Origin: Octopus bimaculoides
Lineage: Eukaryota
Length of the DNA stretch: 64,000 nt
Assembly (NCBI RefSeq): GCF_001194135.2
Contig: NC_068998.1
Location: 49,549,373 to 49,613,372 of the forward strand
Reading direction: 5' to 3'
Shown here one piece after another: positions 26,154 through 38,649 of the stretch. The notes under the pieces were generated by a model that was not told where the DNA came from, ran no database searches, and saw only the letters and a list, made by a program, of their open reading frames with translations. The translations under genes and the position numbers were made by a program. Positions within the stretch are counted from its first letter, which is position 1, and each line of letters starts with the position of its first letter.

Positions 26154-28784
26154 TCACACCCCTGTGAAGGTAACGAGTATCATCAATATAAGTAGTGAGC
26201 TTTCAACAATTTTTGCGTGACTTGAGGAGGAGACACCCATCCTCACACCATCTGCAATATATGAAATTCATGCTCAGTTAAATGTTACGTTACAAGAGTC
26301 ACAAAAAGCCTAGAATTATCATGCGGCGAGCGTTTATTGGTGATACATTCTATACAGTATTCTATTTTGTCGGCATCGAAATCTGTCTTACGCATTAAAA
26401 GAAAGAAACCCAATAAGTTTCTTAGCTTTCATTACATCGGGATATTCCGACAGACACAAGCAGGTTAGGAGAGCTTAGATCAGAGGATTTAGTAGCGTAT
26501 TTGTGAGCGGCATCAGAGCATTTCTATCCGTAGAGGAAAGAGCAAGTTGAAAAGACAAAGAAAGAAAAAATCACACTTCCGACAACCGTTTAGAACATAT
26601 ACCTGTGCATCTGCAGCATCAGCAGGGACCCCAATGTGTAAACGATACACCATCGATTGTATATTTTCTGTTTGCTCTGTCGGAAGATATTTTGTGTCAT
26701 TTATGTGAAGAGATAGTCACTCAGAAGTAATCCTTGCTAGGATGAAGTGTAAACCAGATAATTGTAGGTGTCGTAACTTAGCTAGTGTATTGAGCAGATT
26801 GTTGATTATAAGTGCTATTGGCTGTTTGGCACAAGGATGTTCTGTATTAAAGTAAGGATATTAACTAAGGCTATTAACTAACGTTGTTTGGTGTGTTTAG
26901 GGAGAGTTATGATTCTATTATTAACATACTCACAGTTTCAAATCCACTCCTTTATTATTAGTCAATTGGATAAATATCAAAATATCTAATCGATTGTTTT
27001 AACGAACTAAATTTAAAGTCACCGAATATGATGCAAATAGCAACGAAAAAATTCGACAAACAATAACAAAGAAAACGTCTTACTGTTTAACCAAATTAAA
27101 CAAACAATCGATTAGTTAGTTGGGTATTTAACCAACTGACTAATGAATAATGTAGTGGAATTGAACCAGAACGTTAGTTAATAATATTGCTATTATCACT
27201 CTCCCTAGGCATCACAAAATTCATTCCAACACACGAATTCACATTACGAATCTTGCAAACCAGATACAAGAAAGAAGTTTCATATGTCTTCAAATAATAT
27301 TGAAAAACTTTGAAAGCATCTCACCATTGCAATTCCTTACATAGTAGTTGTGGTAGATATTTCTGCACTGCAAGAACAGGGTGAGGAAACATTTTTCTAG
27401 TATGAGCAAGCGACTGAAAATGCAAAAAAAAAAAAAAAGAAAACAGAAAAGAAAAGAATATACTGTGAAAAATAATGAAATTAGATTGCATTATTTCGGA
27501 ATAAGTTATGTACGGAAATATAGTCACGGGTAATATATTAAATTGCATTCCATTATTGAAATCGATTATATTTGAATATGAATAATTTGAAGTCAAAATG
27601 CGCTATAATAAATTAATCATGATTTTTCATAAATTAACTTCTAATGCCACATAAAATGTCATAGGGCGCCAGAGTTCTTATTTGAAAGCACATGTTTTGA
27701 CATAAGAAATTATTTTCAGTCGTACAAAAAAAACCTTTTGTTTGCTCGCATTTGCAACGAAATCGCACTCGTTAAAGCATCCTTGCGTGTTTGAATGGTT
27801 GAGAAATGCTTGTTAAAACAATGATAGCTGGACTCTTAAGTCTGTTAAAGTTTTACATTGGATTCTGTCATTAGCTATAAATAGAGAGGAAAAAAGAATT
27901 TGATCGATCATCGCCCCATAATATCGAAAATGTATATGCTCCTTCCGTGTTCTGTTACTTACGTGTTTGGATTTCACATTATCAGAACAATATAAAAATA
28001 CCAAATATAAAAATGATAAACTCGATCAAATTCTGTTTTCCTCTCTATTTATAGCTAATGACAAAATCCAATGTAAAACTTTAACAGACTTAAGAGTCCA
28101 GCTATCATTGTTTTAACAAGCCTTTCTCAACCATTCAAACACGCAAGGATGCTTTAACGAGTGCGATTTCGTTGCAAATGCGAGCAAACAAAAGGTTTTT
28201 TGTGTACGGCTGAAAATAATTTCTTATGTCAAACCATGTGCTTTCAAATAAGAACTCTAGCGCCCTATGACATTTTATGTGGCATTAGAAGTTAATTTAT
28301 GAAAATCATGATTAATTTCTGGTTTTATTTCAAAAGATAAACAAATATTTTCAATGAAAATGTGATGAAACCATGCATTGCTAATCTAAATGATTAAGCG
28401 AAACATAGATGAGAACAGAAATAATAGCTAGAAATATATTCATACTTGCAATAGTGTCTATCAACTTTATGTGTAGGATACATATCCCAGGCAATCTGGC
28501 AATACTCTTGGCCGATTACATCACAAGATTTTATCGAGAAAACACCTAGAAATATGGCATTTTATATAAAAAATGACATGTTATAGTTTGGGGTAATATA
28601 AATCGTTCAGAATATGTTAAAAGCACTGAAAGTAAGCCACCCGTGGCAGACTATTGTAGTTAAGTTTATTCTAATAAACCAATTAATTTATAAGACTATG
28701 GCACACAATTTCCGGGTCATATCACTTTCAATGTATCTCTCCCCTGTCTCATTCTCTCTTTATGTCTGTCTTTCTCTCGCTATG

Positions 28785-28831
<47 letters not shown>

Positions 28832-29295
28832 ACACACACACACAATCACACACACACACATACACACACACATACATATATATATGTGTTTGGATTTCCA
28901 ATATTTGTGCGCGTTTGTCTAGAGCTAAGTTTGGAGCGTTGATATGGTCACGTCTTTTATCTGGATGTTTACAACATCAGGACTTTAGCCCACATGAATC
29001 AATGCAGGATTGCATCTAAGGACTTATAGTCGTATTTCTACAACATTGGTAAGTTGAACTGAACATTTATGCTTCTTTTTTTATTCTCTCTCTTCATCTC
29101 CTTATTCCTTTACTCTTGTTCTCTATGTCGTCATTTCGTTAATCTATACCCTCCTCATTTTCCCTATTTGTCTATAATGTGAGATATCTCAGAAACAGCT
29201 GTAAGACTTTGAATTTCGTCCAATAATAATAATATATATCCTGCGATGTTTGCCTCCCCATAACATTTGTTGTCATTTTAACAATTTAACATTTT

Positions 29296-29332
<37 letters not shown>

Positions 29333-29751
29333 GCACCTTATAAATGAATCATGCATAATGAAGCACATCAGATCAATAGCTACTTCGAAGATAATGGAGT
29401 GAAGAACAGATTAGCAGAGGAAGAATGACTTCACCAGCGTGTGTGATTTGATTAACACATAACTGTATAAAACAATTAACGCCTATTTTTGATTAATTTC
29501 GATAAAACTCTGAGATATATTTAAAGGCCTACATATGAATGTGTGCATATTCATATATGCATGTTTGCATATATGCAAGAAATAAGGAAGGAAGAGAGAA
29601 GAACGGATAAAGGAGAGAAGCAATTTTTATAGAGACATAGAAATGAAATACCTTTTCCTTTTAAATATGAATTTTGATGATGGTGAAAAGCTTTATCTCA
29701 TAGATATTTACCTGTAATGAGTGCAGCGATAAGTATATAATTTATCATCAT
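26154..29751 (-). CDS. P5: GPI-anchored six-Cys-family protein, 107-108 aa
   Basis: Exons 29751/29748-29712, 28545-28446 (100 nt), 27413-27325 (89 nt), 26251-26154 (donor after 26125). (M)MINYILIAALITGVFSIKSCDVIGQEYCQIAWDMYPTHKVDRHYCNRLLILEKCFLTLFLQCRNIYHNYYVRNCNDGVRMGVSSSSHAKIVESSLLILMILVTFTGV*. Confidence 0.9.
27610..28318. repeat. Long near-perfect inverted repeat: arms 27610-27907 and 28022-28318, 114-nt spacer
   Basis: Arms are reverse complements along their whole length with only a handful of mismatches by eye; inside P5 intron 2. Confidence 0.95.
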
Positions 29752-30242
29752 GGCTAAATCGTGATTATCTGAAAGTCTTGCCCTGTACGTTTGCGAAGAT
29801 ATAAACGTGCTTTATGTTAATGGATCTGAAGACACAGATGTTGTCGATATAATATGTTGCCTTATTGTGACATTCTAAATTATTTGTATTTTTACGACTC
29901 ATTTTAAATATTGTGTTCTATTTTAAATGTATGTTGTTACGATGTAAACGACATATTTTCCCCATTTCGAAGTAGAGTGGAAAGAATGCCAACATTTTCA
30001 TTCTATGTCTATGGTTACCAAGTTCATTGGTACGCACGCACGGAAGCATGCAAAACGCGGTTCTTTCCTTGGCGTATACAGTAGCGCACGTAATTTCCTA
30101 TAAGAGGCAAATCTGCTTGAGTATATGTGAGTCTGTGTATAATGAATCAGTTTGTCAAATCATGTTTATGAATGATTAAGAAGTAACATTACTAATCATA
30201 TACAAGAGAGAGAAAAATTTAGTATTTACCCCATAGTCACAA

Positions 30243-30632
30243 TTTGTTGTTGTTGGCACTCTGTCGCTTACGACGTCATGGGTTCCAGTTGATCCGATCA
30301 ACGGAACAGCCTGCTCGTGAAATTAACGTGCAAGTGGCTGAGCACTCCACAAACACGTGTACTCTTAACGTAGTTCTCGGGGAAAATTCAGCGTGACATA
30401 GTATGACAAGGCTGACCCTTTGAATTGCAGGCACAACAGAAACAGGAAGTAAGAATGAGAGAAAGTTGTGGTGAAAGAGTACAGCAGGGTTCGCCACCAT
30501 CTCTTGCCAGAGCCTCGTGGAGCTTTAGGTGTTTTCGCTCAATAAATACTCACAATGCCCGGTCTGAGAATCGAAACCGCGATCCTATGACCGCGAGTCC
30601 GCTGCCCTAATCACTGGGCCATTGCGCCTCCA
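30243..30632 (-). mobile_element. SINE family C (tRNA-derived), full length
   Basis: Minus strand starts TGGAGGCGCAATGGCCCAGTGATTAGGG (A box) with GGTTTCGATTC (B box) and ends in (CAA)n. Confidence 0.8.
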
Positions 30633-32079
30633 TATAGTATCAATGCCCATACAAGGAACACAAGTATGTGTACGTCAAGTTTCTCTTAAAAAGAGATGTC
30701 GAAGAAGCCATTGCAGAATAAGTTGAAATTTATTACGAAGAAATTAAAATTAGAATTCAAAGAATTCATATTCCAATAAAATAAATATAATCACAACCTT
30801 GATTTGATGGAAAACTTAATCCAAAAGAAATGCTGGACTGAATTACGGACAACTTATGTAGAATAAGACCATCATCATGGTAAATTATAGCTGCCAATGT
30901 TTAATTCAGATATCATTAATTCAAGATTAAGCATTTGTTCTGTATAATTCCTGATGTGAAAACATGTGTCGAAAGAAGGTGTAGTTATATTAGGGAATGG
31001 ACATATTTTTGCCAATTAACTCCACGCGCTATGTGATTGCTCTTTAATTCATCATCATTATTATTCTTATTTTGGTTCCTTTGTCTGAAATCTTTCGTCA
31101 CACATCCTTTGATCTCTTCAGTGACACTCCATATGCGTATCTTCCTCTTCTATTCACAGCATTCGGACTTGCAGGTGGACAGATAAAAAGCTGACCAAAT
31201 CTTTATGTATCCACCCTGAAAACGGAGCCCGAATATATTCAATGTTTATTTGCTTCCATTATTGTTTGCATTTTCTCGTGAACTGCATTTGCCAACACTA
31301 TGAAGTACCTTGGGGACTCAGAAACAGCTGTCAAACTTGTAATATCATATCTTCACACCTTTATTTTTTAGCAAGTTTTATTCTGTGCCAGTTTGCTGTG
31401 ATAAATTTAATGTATCTATATTTTCATTAATACTTGAATAGTCATCGTGTGACAATTTTCAGTCGTTGCTTTCTCATCATTTACATGAATATAAATCTTG
31501 TACATCATGCCTAAGTACTTTTATTTGCATTACTATTTCCATATTTACACCCCCAACACACAAACAGACATACACCACCCCCCACACACATAATTGCAGA
31601 AATTAGAGCCGACAAGGAGTACGGTTGGACAGTTATTTTTTGAGCACTACAATTGTTTCTACTCAACGTGGTTCTCCGAAAATACAGGTATTTGTTTATG
31701 CAGTTGTTCGTTAGCATAATGAGGTCCAGTTGCGCTTCCTCAGGTGATATTGAAATGTTGTCTCCGTGAGTTTAAAATCTTCAGTTTCAAGGCAATCCCA
31801 TCCGTCCATCTTGGTTGGAATTTTGTAGCATTTGGTAGATTCATCTTGTCTGATGCCAGAGTGTGTTTGTTGGACTGGTACCAATGGTAGTGGATGGATG
31901 ATTTGGTACCGGCTGACGGCTGACATGTTCTTCGTGGTTGGCTACTAATGTGGATGTTATTAGCTGACTTTCAGTATTGAGTGGTTGGGTACATACACAC
32001 ATATAGATTAACGCATACCCTATCTCATACACACAATCCCATATATATATATGGCTCTATAAACACAGTGATACGCTCT

Positions 32080-32111
<32 letters not shown>

Positions 32112-32514
32112 CATATACATACATACATACATACATTCACGCACACATACATATGTACTAGTAGTTAGACACCCGTATATATATGCATGTACATACGTAT
32201 ACATATGTATACACATATAGATACACCGATCAACATATAGATACACCGATCAACATATACACTCATTCACTTATATACACACTTGTATCCACTTATATAT
32301 GCATATATATGCATATATATACATATATAAGCATATATCTCTTTCTCTATGCATCTACGCTTCACTTCTAAGCACTGCTATAGTCAACAGAAGTGAGCAA
32401 GAATGTTATAACTTAGTGTACTTGCATGACAAAGTTCAAGATTAATCTGTACCAAGTGGCTTCATTGTGCGTACACTAGCTCTGTTACCATAGCAACATC
32501 TATGATTCTTTTTG

Positions 32515-32555
<41 letters not shown>

Positions 32556-32559
32556 CATG

Positions 32560-32651
<92 letters not shown>

Positions 32652-32949
32652 TGTGTAACTTGGAAAACAGACATGTTATAGAGATAGGCAATAATTTCTT
32701 AGTGCTAATCTTTACCCAATCACTTACGTCGAATGAAGGGTTTCAGAATCAGTATGTATGTATGTATGTATGTATGTATGTATGTATGTATGTTCATTTT
32801 TGCAATTTTGTATTAGCATTTCAGTAGAAGCAAAGAATAAGTCAATGAATAAAATGTGAACACATATTAAGATTTTGAAGAGGACATATTTATTCAATTA
32901 AACCTCAAAATTTTATGATGATGAAAAAAAAAAAAAAGGCTAGCGGGAT

Positions 32950-33107
32950 ATGCAAACCCTGGGACACATTTACAGAAAAATATCCAAGACAGCAAATGAC
33001 AAATATTGCATTATAATGAAATATATTTTTTATTTCTATATGGTTTCTGATTAAGTGTCACAGAAACTCAAAGTTTTAAAAATACTGCTTGCTTAAAGGA
33101 TATTCAC
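32950..33107 (-). other. P6 terminal exon E5 (3'UTR; CEYPLSKQYF* if E4 is skipped)
   Basis: Acceptor tttttcttacag|GT at 33108/33107; exon start and ~330 nt of adjacent intron align with P5 24940-25300; AATAAA at 33034-33029. 3' end approximate. Confidence 0.7.
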
Positions 33108-34108
33108 CTGTAAGAAAAAGACAGAATATTAATTTTTGTATTTGTATTGAATGATTTTGTTGTTACTTTGAGATACTATGTCTGTTTCTACACTCCAATG
33201 TTATTGTTTGGTTATGCATTGACATTAAAGTCGGTAATGTCACATTTGTACAGATATATCACAATAGTTAATACAGTGATGTAAGTATTCCCATTTTGTG
33301 TACCACTGCTCGGTATATGGTGTATTATGTCTTGCGCAGTCGTTACCGTAGTTTTTCGGTTACAGATACTCTTATCTTGTGAATTCATAAAATTAATGTT
33401 TGAAATTGGGGAGGGAGAAAATGAATTTTAGTGAAATGCGTTATCAGTACCATTCACTCGAGAATATTGATTAATACGTTGTTTCATTTACACCGAAATG
33501 ATAAAAATCAATGATGGTTTCGTAAAACATGAGAAGAAATTAAGAAAACCGTTTTGTCTCTTGCTTTAATGGCAGTGAAAATACACTACACAGTAGTACA
33601 GATATAATAAGATAATAATATTATTTTTATGTGAGCTTGTATCATAGATGTAGTAATGAAGCTATTGCATTATACTGACTGGATGTCATTGTACCCATGC
33701 ATTACCGTAGACCGGATACTTCAGTGTATATTAAATAGATGTGGAATGACTATTGTAAACATCAGGAGAGATATTATGAACATCCGGATTTATTGTGGAA
33801 CCGCAGTTCTGATGCACCACAAATACTTATTACCTATATCATTGATATTTGAATATTATTCTCATATAATATGTTGAATTACACTGACTCTTATATCGTA
33901 CAAGATCTTTCTTTGAGAGTTGTATGATAGCGTTAATGAATCAGTGATACGGCAACAGAAATAATTGACCTGCTGAGCTAGTTCTCAATGAAGATTGCTG
34001 ACAAATTATCAATATCAAAATGAATAAAACAAAAGAAATAATACTGATACAAATCTACTAAATTATTATAAACCTTCTTACATGGATGTCAGTTGAATTT
34101 CTATACCA

Positions 34109-34601
34109 TCACAACAACGTGGTCATAAGTACCAATAATGTGCTAATTCTGCTAATATAGTCTGAGCGATCTACGTTGGATGCAGATTTGTGAGCTCCCT
34201 GAGCTGAAACACAACAAATTTTATTGTAGTAATTTGTTGAATGCAAAAAATACATAACACATGAAACAGAATGACACGGATAAGCAAGTAAAAATATGAG
34301 AATTGTTCCAACTAATTCTCTTAATATATTTTGTAATCCTCTATTTTCAATGCATACATTTGCGAAATGAATATCAGTGTTAATCGTTTCTGTTATATCG
34401 AATTAAGAGCATGATGTGCAATTGGGTAAATTGCATAATCATAAATGCATATTTAAAGATTCTTAGTAAGTCTTAGTTTTATACATCTATTAATCTACGC
34501 GCGCGCACACATTCACATACAAACATATATCTGTATTTATATATATACACATACAAGCGCACAAACACACACATATATGTATGTATATATGTTTGTGTGT
34601 T

Positions 34602-34677
<76 letters not shown>

Positions 34678-34789
34678 CATCATTCACCATCTAAATATGT
34701 ATGCATGTCTTCATATACCTATCTATCACATATGTACGTGTGTGTGTATCTAACTACATGTTTATGCATACATATACATAAATACACAT

Positions 34790-34822
<33 letters not shown>

Positions 34823-35063
34823 CATAGGCGCAGAAGTGGCTGTATGGTAAGCAGCTTGCATACCAAAAACATCAAATATATATGTATGTATGTGTCTGTG
34901 TTTTCACCCCAACATCACTTGACAACCGATGCTTTTGCGTTTACTTCCTCGTTACCCAGTGGTTCGGCCAAAGAGACGACAGTGTAAGTACTGTGGTCAA
35001 TTTGCTCGACTAAAAACGGGCTCCAGTATGGCCGCAGTCAAATGACTGAAACAAGTATAAGAG

Positions 35064-35100
<37 letters not shown>

Positions 35101-35741
35101 AACGTTCGTAGCCATTTCGTCATGGTTGTTCCATTTGAATGCACTTTACTGCAATACTGAGAGGTCATCTTCTCTAGCTGGTTAACGATGCACCGCCGCA
35201 TCCGATATATTGAGCCTGCGCATCGTTAACCAGCAACAGAAGATTTCTTCTTGAAGTTCAACCAATCACAGTAAAGTCAGTTCGAACCCAACAGGCAAGT
35301 TTCTTTCAAGACAGTATGTCTTCCCGATGTCTCTCAAAATGGAGACGCATGCGAAAGCGAAATTCAGTATGACTTATATTTACAAATAACTCAGAATTTT
35401 ATTAATATTCACTTAATTGAAATTAAATTAATCGTATAGGAACACACAGCATAAAATAAATTAAATTTATTCTTGTAAGTAAAACTAGAAAATGAATAAA
35501 ATATGCAACTTAAAATATATAACTTACATTTGCACTTCTTTCTATAGAGGTCTCGAAAATAGAATTGACACTGCTGGAAAATGTCGTTAAAACAATTTTG
35601 AAATAGAATAAGGCGCCTACAAAATTGGAATATAATGTTATATGAAATTACTAATATTCAGCAGCAGTACGTTTTAGGTTTTTTCTTTTCCAAATGTCTA
35701 ATCTGTGGAGTGTATATGAAAATAATAATGATGACGCCAAC

Positions 35742-35815
<74 letters not shown>

Positions 35816-36642
35816 CAACAATAATAATAATTGGCCGAGTCGGAGACTTGCAAAATCCCTAGGATTTCTCAATCGAAATAGATCAGGTGCGAGAGTATAA
35901 CATATCGAACCTGGTGGTACTGGACATGATGCACCACATGTGCTATATATTTGATGGTGCAAGCTTCTTTAGCGCACTAATAGTCAATTTTCGAAAAATA
36001 TTGTGAGCAATGACGAAAAATTCATCACGGATGTATAAAACTTGTTTAAGAAAAATAAACGAAACTAAATTGAAAATAAACACACGAATATATATGAAAA
36101 TCGAATAAGTATTGAGAGTTGTAATAGCAGTAATAGTCACAAAATTGTATTTATACCTGCAATAGTCTTCATCTTTCTTACGTATAGGAAATGTTTTTAA
36201 AGCAGTCCTGCATAATTTTACGGCTGTGTTGTCGCAAAATTTTACTGTAGTAGCACCTGCAAATAAGTAACACTCCATACTGTCAAATGAGAGACCTAAT
36301 ATGCTTAGAACACTGAAAGTGTTTTAAGCAGTCTTAAATATACTCTGAATTTTCGCTAGGAATCGACAACTGGGATAATATGTAGCAAGATATTGGTAGC
36401 TATACATATTTTATATTTTGTGAATGAAAAATGATGGCCGTTGTGGAATAACGGAAATCAGTGCCTAGATGTACTGCAAGGCGTTACGAGGACAGAAATG
36501 GACATGAGGGTCAAAATCTCGAAAGAATATAAGAGAAGAATTAGAAAAGTCCAAGAAAAATATTAATTCTATTGTTAAACACGCACTCTTCATAGAGCTA
36601 CATACCGGCAATGAGAACAGAGATCAAAATAATCGTTTTCAT
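34109..36642 (-). CDS. P6: GPI-anchored six-Cys-family protein, 106 aa
   Basis: Exons 36642-36606, 36256-36157 (100 nt), 35616-35528 (89 nt), 34203-34109 (donor after 34082). MKTIILISVLIAGATTVKFCDNTAVKLCRTALKTFPIRKKDEDYCRRLILFQNCFNDIFQQCQFYFRDLYRKKCKSQGAHKSASNVDRSDYISRISTLLVLMTTLL*. Confidence 0.9.
34826..35067 (+). mobile_element. Internally deleted SINE family B
   Basis: Head ggcgcagaagtggctgtatggtaag, then the 3' body ending aaatgactgaaacaagtataagagtaa. Confidence 0.75.
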
Positions 36643-37883
36643 GTTGAATACACCTGTATATGTGAATACCTTGTGATGCAATTGTATTGACATAGAGGCT
36701 AACCTATATAACTAAGTAACAGATGCTTTCAATTTGTAAATAATGTATGACGTGTGAAATATGATGACATTCTTATCGCTCCCGTATATTATAAGTATCA
36801 CTTAAAAAATAAATTTTCCACATCTCTGGATGAATGAAAAAAATTTTTTTATCATGATATGATTCATATATAAATTTAAATGTTTATTGTTTTTAAAATC
36901 TACATTCGCGAGCTGGTGTATGTATTGGTAGATTTTCCATACGTAAGTGTATATATATATATATATGTCTTACAAACATTAGCTCGTAGACACACATGTA
37001 CACACAGAATTATATATTTATGGAGACACAAAGAAGGAAAATTCATAGTGCCATCCGGACTCCCGACTGCGCTGTGAACGTTAATTAATCTTTTCTTCCA
37101 TTCTTTGCGCCACATAGGCTCAACTCACCCCTCTCTTCATCTGAAACCAACCTCACCTCCTCTCTTCATTTGACACCAATCATACAACACTCCACACATA
37201 CTAGCACTGACCACTCCGCAGCACCCACACCACACACCGTCATCCAGACATCGACACACAATCTTCTATGGCGTCACAACACAAGACGTGACTTGGAAAG
37301 CTGGAACGGCAACTACGAAACGGTGACCAGCAGGAGCAGGGTGGTCTTTGATTGTGTCTCTACTAGGGTTGCGTTGCGCCGCGTCAGATCACCGAAAAGT
37401 GACTTAGGCTCAATCCAGACAGCGATGTAAAGCAGTCGCAGACTGTGGTCGAACTACGACTGGAGAGGATTGCTGCTGGAAGACCATCTGCGCGGCAATA
37501 GGATTCAGCACCTTACCCTACTTTCACAAAACACAGAAGGGGTTGTTGTAGTATTCTAGGATTTCACCAGCCCCGATTGTGAACTTACGATTTCTCTGAT
37601 TGTACTCCAATGGATAACTACGGCTTTGATCCACTTATGTACAATAGGAAGTGCAAGTTTTTTGGCCGAGGCCAAGTGGGTACGAAAGGGTCTCCTCAGG
37701 GACAGAGTGAGGATGGAATGATCCAGGTTCCGAAGCTGTCTTGAAACTGTGGTCGAAGCAAAGTGTGGTTATTATGAGGATGTTATGAACCATAATCGAG
37801 CTGATATTTGTATTTCATTTGTTTTAAACATATTTTTTGTTGTGATATTCTTTTTTAACGCTGTCAAAGTTAACCCGACCACC

Positions 37884-37947
<64 letters not shown>

Positions 37948-38594
37948 GTATATATTTCTTCTGCTTTCGGAAAACCAATAAAATACGAGGATGGGTGGAA
38001 CATTATATTATATCATGACAAAAATAGTCTGATTCGGATTAAGCTACATTTGTACCTTCCATCATTCGTCATTTTGAAGTAAATACTTTATTACTTACTT
38101 GGATTATTCGTTTTCCGTAGTCCTTATATTTTTTAGGTTATTCTTCAATCTGTCAGGAATTTCCTTAAGTTATTCTGCTTCCATCAGACTATCTGTCGTC
38201 TGAATTACCTATCTGTTGATCTTATATCTAATGACTAGACTACTACCCTTAACAATCGATCAACTAATTGCACTATTTATTTATTATCGCGGCCATTTAC
38301 AAGTTTGAGAAAATTCGTTGTATTGTTGCTATCGTTTTACAGTCGTAGATTTAATATTTTTTTGTTTATTAAATCCTCGCAGATGGTTTTCATCTCTACG
38401 CAAGTCTTACTGGATGGTAACGTAAAAGAATCTATCATAAACACCGATTTTATTGCTTTTGTTTTCTAATGATGTTTCCCATTTATTATTATCATCTAGT
38501 GTTGTTCCACTAGGATTGTTGATATTCCGCCCCACCAAATATTCATGCTTCATGGTTCAGATTTTTTCTATGTAAATATAAAGAACCACGTCGT

Positions 38595-38649
<55 letters not shown>

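Noticed and set aside
26603-26841. Exon-like segment with HWGPC*CCRCT suggesting a Kazal or VWC domain
   Set aside because: Stops in all three frames; lies within P5 intron 3, and P5 has a clean E4 at 26251.
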